Assembly (NCBI GenBank): GCA_964016885.1
Contig: OZ024753.1
Location: forward strand, 46,500,001-46,564,000
DNA length: 64,000 nt
Direction of reading: 5' to 3'
Origin: Eledone cirrhosa
Lineage: Eukaryota
Below, one piece after another: positions 55,001 through 64,000 of this stretch. A program made the position numbers and the translations under genes. The notes beneath the pieces were generated by a model that did no database searches, had not been told where the DNA came from, and worked only from the letters and a program-made list of their open reading frames with translations. Positions within the stretch are counted from its first letter, which is position 1. Each line of letters begins with the position of its first letter.

Positions 55001-56240
55001 TCAGTCCAGACAGCATTTGAATGTCGCATCATATCCCTCCGACATCTACGAACCTCAAAGCGTAGGAGCCCGTCTCTTGAGCAAGTCTATCTGCATGAAA
55101 CAGATAAGATCATAAGAGTTGGGAAGGAACTCCTCGAGAGGTACTCCCTGTGTGATAATTAAAAGCTCACACCCAGGGAAGTTGCTCAGCAGTATCGCAG
55201 TGAAACCATGGATGAAAAACTGCATGCTTATCAACAAAAAATTATGCATGGATATGTTGCCAGGAAGCTCCAGAGTGTGAGTAATATAGATAAAGAAAGT
55301 AGAGTATCTTGGACCAACAATTGCTATATTGGCTCCCACTTTGAAGGATACGCTTTTGCAATCCAAGAACAGGTAATCAACACGAAATACCTGATTCACA
55401 AAAGAGATATGGATGCACGCAAAACACCTAGATGTGAGAAAAAGTGCAGACTCTGCAGAATTAACATCAAAGATGTCACCCATGTCATAAGCAGCTGTCC
55501 AAAGATGTCATCGCAGTACTATCTACCTATGAGGCATGATGTAGTGGCCAAAACACTGTACAATGCAATCCATAGAAAAGATAGCCACGATAATAAACAC
55601 TTTAAAAGCTACAGCAATGTGGAAGACATACATATACATAATATGAAAGAGTACTGGTGGAATGTTCCAGTAAAAACCCCAATAAAATGCAGGCATAACA
55701 GACCAGATATTATGATATGGGACAGGGAAAAGAAGGCATGCACAGTAGTAGAAATTAGCTGCCCAGCAGATGCCAATATAATATCAAAGATTAGCGAAAA
55801 GGAGAATATTTATGCAGAACTGATGAGAAATCTGCAGATACTCCACTCTGATTACACCTTCAGATTTATGCCTGTGATTATTGGGCACTGGAATATGTTA
55901 GTAACTGCCTCAATACAAATCTTGAGAAGCTGGGCTTCACAGGAACAGAAAGAACACAACTAGTTAGGAAATTACAAGTACAATCCATTAATGGAACAGT
56001 AAAAATATGTAAAACATTCCAAAAATGTTGCATCTAATACTGCATATACACATGTACAGATACTAGGTATATACACATGCACACATACAACTCAAAACAT
56101 ACAATAACATCCATACCTGGACATGCAGACATGCATACATATCTACCTAGTTGATGTGTAAATTCCAATGAGAGAGTCTATGTTAGAAACTGACTTTCTC
56201 TCTATTGGCAAACATTTGTGAAATTATAAACCCAGAAGAA
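52017..56240 (+). mobile_element. Near full-length R4/Dong-like RLE non-LTR retrotransposon
   Basis: 20-bp TSD (51997-52016 versus 56241-56260, 19/20 identical); single disrupted ORF with an R4-type N-terminal domain, RT, CCHC and PD-(D/E)xK endonuclease. Confidence 0.9.
52231..56037 (+). pseudogene. Disrupted RT-RLE polyprotein of the R4/Dong-like element
   Basis: WSCELNEDLFNCYK...GYMNRMKLHW; DYRKAFDSI, RGIFQGDSLS, FFVDDLKLY, YRYLG, GGRGL; CRLC..H..C; RHD; RPDI..VEISCP. Frameshifts near 52550, 53565 and 55885, in-frame TAA at 55160 and an insertion at about 52812-52985. Confidence 0.92.
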
Positions 56241-56264
56241 CATACATACATACATGCATACATG

Positions 56265-56620
56265 ATGATGATAATGGTAGCTACATTGCTCTTGTGTATA
56301 GCCATTGCTTTGAAATGAATTTTCGAACGTGCTTTTGCATGTGTGTAGCATAACTGACTTTTTAGGCCAGCAAGAGTCCTGCATTCCCTGGCACAGATGT
56401 TATAGATATGACCTTTGGCAATAGAAATCAGTGGCTGTTTGCCATGTACTTTCATGTGCCACCTCAGACCTCCTGCTGATTGGCAGACTTTACCACAATG
56501 ATGGCAGATTGTTATAGAATACGCATCAATGTAATATACATCAGCTCTTTTTACAATGGCTCCTTTTGTGACTCTTTAATCCAGCTTTGTTGAGAAGTTC
56601 TCCCACATTCATTTCATCTC
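56265..56620 (-). mobile_element. RTE-type LINE 3' end
   Basis: HIYNICARECRTLAGLKSQ (decayed C2H2-like tail) followed by a short UTR and (CAT)n. Confidence 0.6.
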
Positions 56621-56979
56621 AGCTCTCTTTGGCCTTCCTTGAATTCCACTTTCAAGCTCCTCTTCTTCTTCTTCTTCTTCTTCTTCTTCTTCTTCTTCTT
56701 CTTCTTCTTCTTCTTCTTCTATCTAAACCTGGATAATACTTCTCCTCCTAAACATAGATTAAAATGTTATTATGACCTAGATTGTTACTTCTAAAGAGTG
56801 AACTTCTTAATGTGTAGACCAAATATATTTCTAGTTTCTGACATAAGACTCCAAACTTTCTATATACCCCTACAAAATGGCTATAATTTCACATGTGCTA
56901 TATTTCTTGGTCACTCTAGCTATTTTTGGCCATTCTACTAGCTGGCACATAACATTATGTCCTTTTCTTCTCTCCAGGT

Positions 56980-57300
56980 CCTATGACTTGTACTGCTGCC
57001 ATACTGAGCACAGGATTTCAAGAAGCTTGCTCAAGGTTATGACAATCAGCTGGGTTACTACTACTGACTGGAATCGAAGTAGTATGGTTAGTGAAACTTC
57101 AATAATGGTCTCCTCATCATCACCCATACAAAAACCCAAATAGCTAATATCTGGTCCTCACATATATGGTATCTGCCATTTGAATCATGACAGGCTGATA
57201 TCTGCATCAACATCAGTGATCACCAATTATGTGCAGCTTCCATTTGCTATGATATGGATGTTTTGGTTTGGAGCCAGCTGAAGCCATCCTGGGTGAAGGC
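56980..57300 (+). mobile_element. Possible decayed APE-endonuclease LINE fragment
   Basis: LVLTY-like and ISDH-like motifs in broken frames. Confidence 0.3.
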
Positions 57301-57961
57301 CAGCACAAGTACTCGTAAATAGAACCCCAAATAAAACCTATGAAATATCAGAGAAGCAAGAAATAGTTCACTTAGGCAGGTTGTGAACCTTAAAATATTC
57401 TAGCTGTATATTTATTTACTGGCTTGTATAAAAAAAAAAAGACATCCCTCTTGTATTTTTCCCTTTTCTGAATCATAGAAAATAAATAGATAAAATAGGC
57501 TAAATGTAAAAACCTGACTGCAATGTGCAAATATAATTCAATTTTTGATGAAGAAACACAGAGAAAGTAATAATAACAACAATAATAATAGCAACAACCG
57601 TAATCATAATAATAATAATGATAATGGTGGTAATATATGGTGAATGTCCAACTGTAAAATGTGCAATGGCCCAGCTGTCATTATTTCCTGAATTATTTAT
57701 ACTAGCCAAACAAATGTCAGCTTTATATCAGGTCAAATTAGTAATTTCTTTTTTTTTTATTGTATTCTATTAGTTTTTCTTATATATATATATATATATA
57801 TATATTTCCGTTTTCTCTCCCTTTCTCACCAATATGTGTTTGTCTGCGTGTATGTATGTTTGTATGCATGTATGTGTGTATGTATGTATGTATATGTATG
57901 CATGTATGTATATGTGTGTGTATATATGTATATGCATGAGTGCATATGTGTGTATATGCAT

Positions 57962-58230
57962 AGGGACATAGAAATAATCAGGCTGGATATCCGATTGCGC
58001 GGTTAAACCACTAGGAGTGAAGGACCCCTAGCCTTTGTCAGGGCATTCTTCTAGGAGAAGGCAACTTGGGAAACTGGGATAACCTCAACATAAAACCTGC
58101 AGCTCAGTAGTTATTGGTGATGTTGATCTTTTCTTCTTTTCGGGTTATAGCTACTGTCGCTCAGAGAGTGGGATTGGCTCAGTGCACAGTCTTTCTTCAG
58201 TTAAAAAAAAATCTTCATGCACAGGCTTTG
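57962..58230 (+). mobile_element. Possible RTE-type 5' UTR fragment
   Basis: gggca...tctaggagaaggcaact resembles RTE 5' UTR sequence (recalled pattern, unverified). Confidence 0.35.
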
Positions 58231-59030
58231 CACAATAGAATTAATTGATAATTATTAATAATGTTATATCGTGCAATGGCCATACTCGATAACAAGGGAG
58301 CAGCCATCATGTATGTGTGTGAATGAGACTATTATTCAAGTTAGTATTCCATACTTAAAGAGAGTGTAGATATTATAGAATGTACAATGGTTTAAGCTTT
58401 ACCATCGCGCATTCTATCCTACAATAATATATATATATATGTATATACATATATATATATAAACAAATTTAACTCGAAAGTAGAGTTTTGAAACGTGAGT
58501 GTATAGGAACAGCAAAATATCTTCTCTTCCTTCAAGCCAACTCACACCTAGCTGCTGATCTCTGTCCTTCGAGGTAATATTTTACCCAATGCTGCTTCGA
58601 CAGTATTTTGCTGTTCTAACAGCTTCCATATGCCGAGTTCACCCATTTTTCTTGATATATATATATATATATATATATCATCATTATCATCATCACCGTT
58701 TTACGTCTGTTCTTCCACATTAGCATGGGTTAGACGGGTTGTCCTGTTGTGGGCAGTGTCTGGTCGGCTGACCATGCCTTGCTCATACAGGAACTGATTT
58801 GGCTTGATTTCTACAGTTGGATGCCCTTCCTAACACCGACCTCATTTACAGTGAGTGCTGGGTGCTTTTTCATTGCGCCTACACATCCACTTTACAGTGT
58901 GGGCTGAGTGCTTTTTTGCCGTTGCACCTCCACGACCACCTTGCAGTGGGAGGGTGTGGGGCATATTGTCTATATGCTTCAGCATATATAAATATATTAT
59001 GCATTATATATATATATATTACATTATATA

Positions 59031-59360
59031 TACTGGGTTGTTGGAAAGAAACTCTCTATTTAAAATTGTCAACTTTATTTATTATTGGTCAATTTTCATA
59101 AAGCATTTTATTTTGAACCATATATACACTCCAGGGTGAAAATTCTAGATACTCACCTGCATTGTCCACCCATGTTTGTAATCATCTGGGTATATCCTCG
59201 ACTTCTTCAGTATATGACGAATGTCTTCCTTCAATTTTGAGCTATAGTCTTTTTTCCTTTGCCCACCCACACAAGAAAAAAATTGCCAACATCCTGGAAA
59301 TTTGACATCAAGCCATTCACGGACAGTACATACAAAATAAAGAGTGACCCTATCTGATGC
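59031..59360 (-). mobile_element. Tc1/mariner transposase remnant
   Basis: DRVTLYFVCTVREWLDVKFPGCW resembles the DGAP.H....VR.WL...FP..W segment; a TA-flanked TIR-like end near 59031. Confidence 0.6.
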
Positions 59361-59410
59361 GTTATGGTCCACGTGGTATCTTACCACACCCTATTTGTTA
59401 TATATATTGT

Positions 59411-59522
59411 ACTCCTGAAGAAGGGCTAAAGCCCTACATGTCGAACTTTCTTTCCCCTTTTCCATATAAAGCATGAAACTTATAAGACTTTTTGTAGCTC
59501 TGTTTTGTCGTTTCCTTAAACT
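59411..59522 (+). mobile_element. TA-embedded element end with an HHR lacking GAA; tail also at 32840-32920
   Basis: actc-CTGAAGA-AGGGC-taaa-GCCCT-[GAA missing]-ACATGT-C. Confidence 0.6.
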
Positions 59523-59554
59523 ATATATATATATATATAGTTTTAATAGAGATG

Positions 59555-59605
59555 AGATTCTACAGGACTACAACTGTTTCATTCTTTAGAAATCATCAGG
59601 AATCT
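59555..59605 (-). ncRNA. Type I hammerhead ribozyme, intact core, weak stem II
   Basis: AGATTC-CTGATGA-TTTCTAAAGAAT-GAA-ACAG-ttgtagtc-CTGT-A-GAATCT. Confidence 0.78.
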
Positions 59606-60010
59606 GGCATGACAATAATGATATGATAGGCACCCAATATTTTGAACTGGTTTATAGAATTCTCTTGGCCTTTGTCACTCTAAGTAGAGCTTTTAAGAAT
59701 TAGCTTTTAAAGAATTTCCCTTTTCTTTAAATCCATCAACCATGACCGACCCCCAACCATCTTATAGACACCTGAAATCTAGGCATTGTTAGCTTCAGAG
59801 AAACTTAAAAATAAGGAGTGGCACCCCATTCTGAACTTGTTTATAGAATCCTTTCTGCCTTTGTCACTCTAAATATAAATTATAGCCTTAAAGAATTAGC
59901 TTTTAATGAATTCCCTTTTCTTTCAACTAATGACCTCCACCCATCCCACTCCCCACCCTCTCCTACCACCTGAAAAGATATAAATACCACAACATTTATT
60001 TTGGAAAGCC

Positions 60011-60061
60011 AGATTCCTGATGATTTCTAAAGATTGAAACAGTTCTAGTCCTGTAGAATCT
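60011..60061 (+). ncRNA. Type I hammerhead ribozyme, intact core, weak stem II
   Basis: AGATTC-CTGATGA-TTTCTAAAGATT-GAA-ACAG-ttctagtc-CTGT-A-GAATCT; predicted cleavage after 60055. Confidence 0.75.
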
Positions 60062-60146
60062 CATCTATATTAAAACTGTTATACTCTGGTATGTATTGAG
60101 TACCTTACTTACTGTGGTTAGCTCCGATTCAACCCGGAATAACTTA

Positions 60147-60189
<43 letters not shown>

Positions 60190-60456
60190 ATGTATATATA
60201 TATATAGTGCTGGTGTCACAATAAGATATAACATGGAAACTTCACTACCACTAATACTACTAACATCACTGCCATCACCACCTCCACTACCACCAACACC
60301 ATTACTACTACTACTACCACTAACACCATTATTACCACTACTACCACCTCCACTACAACCATCCATCACAAGTATCAATAATATTGTTACATTTATTTGT
60401 TTATCATAATTACTGTTGTTTTATTACTATAACTAGTAATAAAACAACTGGGTATG

Positions 60457-60498
<42 letters not shown>

Positions 60499-61354
60499 GC
60501 TCGTAATAAAACAAGTGTATATGTGTGTGTTTCTTTCTCTCACTCTCTCTCTCTCGCTTTCTTTCTATATACATACACACACAATCATATACATTTTTAT
60601 AGGCACACACATATATATATATACATATATAAATATGCATATATATATATATGTATATTTATTATATATGCGCACTTATATATATAAGTATGCATGTATA
60701 TATATATATATATATATATGGAGGTGGGGGTCGTGATATCAAATATTGGCCTAATTTTCTGTTATCTGAAGAAAAGAGAGGACAAGATGCCAACTGAAAC
60801 ACAGCCAAGTAAACACAAGTCTTAAATATCATAAATGGTGGTGGTCATTAGGTGGATTGGTAGAAAAGAGTGGTGGTGGTATTGGGGAAGGGGTAGTGGT
60901 GCTAGTTGCAGTAGCATTAGTGGTTGTCATGGCAATGGTGATGCTGATATTTTTGGTGGTCTTTTAGACAGTGTTGGTGATGGTGGGGATAGTGGTGATG
61001 ATGGTGGAGGTGTCAGTAGTGATGGTAGCAATAGTAAAGTTGTTGGTGATGATGGTAGAGGTGTCAGTGGTGGTGGTGGTAGTAGTGATGGTAGAGGTGT
61101 CAGTGGTGGTGGTGATGGTAGAGGTGTCAGTAGTGGTGGTGGTGGTGTCAGTGGTGGTAGCCACATTATATTTAGTCCAATCACTGATCAATAACAGTAT
61201 TGAGTTGTTGACTGTTTCTCTAGATAATTATTGTATTGTCTGTGTTGATGTTTCGCTTATCTCCACACAAATTGTTCTTCTTACTCTTATTAATGTTATT
61301 GCAGTTACTGTCAGTATTATTATTATTGCAGTTATTCGTTAAGTTTTTGTTGTT

Positions 61355-61790
61355 ATGAAAATCAGTGCTGCAAAGTCTGAAATACTTGTCCTCTCGAGGA
61401 AGCCTGCACAGTGTACTCTACATGTGAGTGAGATTCTACTGAAGCAGGTGGAGAAGTTCTAGTATCTTGGGGCCTTGTTAACAAGGGAATACAGGAGGCA
61501 AAATTAAGTGCAAGAATTACAGGAGCTGGTACAATAATGTACTAGCTTCAGCATTTGGTAACCAGAAGAAGGGAGGTGTCAAAGCAAAACTATCTTCAAA
61601 TCTGTATTCGTGCCAACCTTTACCTATGGTCAACAATCTTGGGTAATGAACAAAATACAATCGCGAATACAAACAGCTGAAATGGGGTTTTTTGAAGGGT
61701 ATTTGGAGTAATGTTACTGGATAAAGTGCATAGCTCAAAGATCAGAAAGTCCCTCCAGGTAGAGCCACTACTTCTCCTAATTGAGAGGTC
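61355..61790 (+). mobile_element. RTE-clade RT fragment (same family as 28350-28758)
   Basis: MKISAAKSEILVLSRKP...KQVEKF*YLG...PTFTYGQQSWVM; frameshifted. Confidence 0.85.
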
Positions 61791-62359
61791 CAGTTTCTGT
61801 TATCTAAATGGTGTTGATACCAGTTTTTTTTTTTCTTTCTCTTTAATAGAATCTACATATTTTCCACTGTATGTACTACCCCACTCTGTCCTGTTTGTTT
61901 TTATACTTAGACAGTGCTAAGGTGGTGCAGGAAGATATTAGGCAATCCACTGTTTCAGTATTTCTGCTGCTGAAATGTTTTGTGGCAAGGTATTGGTCTT
62001 GTGCAGACAGTATGAAATCTTCTGTTTCAGCTTTCAGTCCTGAACTGCGCAGTCACTAATAATTGTTGCATGGTTCGTGTCAGGTACTAGCCATGTAGAG
62101 GTTTATTTGGCCATTTCATATTCTTCTGTTGAAGAGTTGCTTTCTTTGCTCTTATTTTTGTGACCTTTGCTGCCATTGTTGATGCTGAAGGAGTGTCAGA
62201 TGTCACAATGATATTCAGATTTATTTCCCATTTATATTTGGTGCTTTTGTTTATCACAGAGTAAAGTTTTTTGTTGGTTTCATGTTGTTTTACTGTTTAC
62301 ATCATCCAGTTATTGGTGCAGGCCAATTGTTGTTGTCTTGTAGGACAGCCCAAATGGAT

Positions 62360-62590
62360 TAGACTTCTGCCTTGCTCGGATCTGAGCAGTTAGAGTCGCT
62401 TATTGGGCCCGTATTCAGAGGATGGATCACTGAGATGCACAGTGACATCTGCTCTGTGGTCAGAGTAAATGGTCACCTCTCGGTACTGTTCAACATCATA
62501 TGCCTGGGCTCGCCTCTATTGTATGTATTGACTCTCGAGCCACTACTGCCCAAATTGGAGACATTGAGGGGCAGCCTGCATGCACTAGGA
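62360..62590 (+). mobile_element. L1/Tx1-type RT fragment
   Basis: GPVFRGWI...SVVRVNGHLSVLFNI...SPLLYVLTLEPLL. Confidence 0.7.
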
Positions 62591-64000
62591 TGTGGTCTGT
62601 GTGCGAGAGGGGGGAGGGAATTAAGTCCAGAGAGGTGGTGTGAGAGAGAAAGAGGGAGAGTTGTCCTGAATGGTGGGGGGAGGTGTAAGTATTGAAAAGG
62701 AAAATGAGTGAAATACCTCCTACTGTGCCTCCTCTCTAAAACAACTTCAAAGTGAATCTCATTAATCAAACTGACTTTCAGGATTTATTAAAGAAAATGG
62801 TATTTCACCCTCTCTCTCACTCTCTCTCTCTCTCTCTTTTCCCTTCTCTCTGCCTTCGACTCTCATCCTTTCTTTGTCTCCCCCTTTTTCTCCATTCCTC
62901 TCTGCCTTTCTCTCTTGCTGTAAATATGTGTGTATATGTTGATTTTGCCATGTGGCATGGGTTTTACAGCCAGATGCCCTTCCTGACACTAACCCAATAT
63001 TGTATGTATATATATATATCTACATATATATATACATATATCTATATATATATATATACACACACACACACCATATTTCCCCTACTATAAGTCAGATCTT
63101 ATATTATTTTTCCCTCAAAAAGGGACGGTAGGGCTTTCTCTCTATCTTTCTATCTCTCTATCTTCCCTTGTTACATTAATTACAGAAACTCATTTAGTTA
63201 ATTCCAACATCACTTCTGTTTTCTACTTTGACTTTCAATTCTGACAACACCAACTTTCCTCCTTCATCTTGCCAGACTCAATAAAATAAAGTACCAGTTA
63301 TGTCACTGGGGATTTCATTCATTAATCCCTTTTTACGAATTTCTGTCCTTCTGCCTGTCTTAGAAATTATCATTATTATTAATCATATTTTATTGCGTGT
63401 CATTACTACATTACTGAACACAGTTCTGTGGTCCTTGGGGTGTATGTGCAGTGTTTCTGTTTCTGTTGTTTCAGTTTTTCTATTCTCTCCTGTTATTTCT
63501 GTGTCATAACAGTTTTCCTATACCATCCCCAGTATGTCAGTATCATAACAGTTTCTTCTATAACTGTTTTCTCTACACTTACCTCCCCTATCAAACCAAT
63601 TCTTACATTCCTCATTAATTCTCCAATATTCTATAATAACCATTATTGCCATGTCTTATAATGTTGTTGTTGTTCCTGTAGTCCTGATCACTGTCATCAA
63701 TTATCATCACAGTTATTGATACCTCTTATCTTTCAACTCCAGTTCAAATACCCTCAATGTCAGTGTCATGGGGTTTCCTCTCGTCCCTTCTCAATGTCAG
63801 TGTCAGGGGGTTTCCTCTCGTCCCTTCTTTTCTCCCTTCTCTTTTATTTTTTCTATTTTTTTGTTTTTCTACAATTTTTTTATAATTTTTCTTCATGCAT
63901 TATTGATCTTTGATATTTGCCAAGATGATTGATACATCCCATGTGTATCTATGTATATATACACACAATATATATATATATATATACACACACATATATA

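Larger units (their letters stand above)
59539..60150. mobile_element. TA-embedded element with 70-bp inverted repeats, each containing a hammerhead
   Basis: 59539-59608 is the reverse complement of 60008-60077 with few mismatches; internal tandem duplication at about 59630 and 59822; tail with gtattgagtac. Confidence 0.85.

Noticed and set aside
56962-57040. Candidate 58-nt exon (ccttttcttctctccag...gttatg)
   Set aside because: Weak donor, no recognisable peptide, and it overlaps a probable decayed LINE fragment.
58507-58620. Inverted repeat gaacagcaaaata/tattttgctgttc with CTGTCGAA/CCTCGAA strings on the minus strand
   Set aside because: Possibly a decayed third copy of the pseudoknot motif, but the helices could not be assembled.

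Overview
AT-rich, microsatellite-saturated eukaryotic (metazoan) DNA. The repeat style resembles cephalopod/Octopus genomes, which is inference from the sequence alone. No intact host protein-coding gene could be supported: nearly all listed ORFs are read-throughs of (TA)n, (CA)n, (GA)n, trinucleotide or minisatellite tracts. Supported content: (1) a near full-length but disrupted R4/Dong-like non-LTR retrotransposon (52017-56240; RT, CCHC, restriction-like endonuclease) bounded by a 20-bp target-site duplication in a (CATA)n tract; (2) fragments of RTE-, L1/Tx1- and Tc1/mariner-type elements and many tRNA-derived SINEs; (3) more than ten minisatellites, one with a clear higher-order repeat; (4) many short elements embedded in (TA)n tracts that carry hammerhead ribozyme (HHR) motifs, inverted or direct terminal repeats and a shared 3' tail motif, probably non-autonomous Penelope-like/retrozyme-like elements. 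Four HHRs have intact catalytic cores (36165-36224 +, 51065-51125 -, 59555-59605 -, 60011-60061 +). The most novel candidate is a pseudoknotted RNA motif ending in CYGACGAA, present in two sequence-divergent TA-embedded elements (14838-14934 +, 19040-19145 -). In the second copy it holds hammerhead-core-like segments in a permuted order plus a box C/D-type kink-turn. All structures were paired by eye; none was computed or tested.
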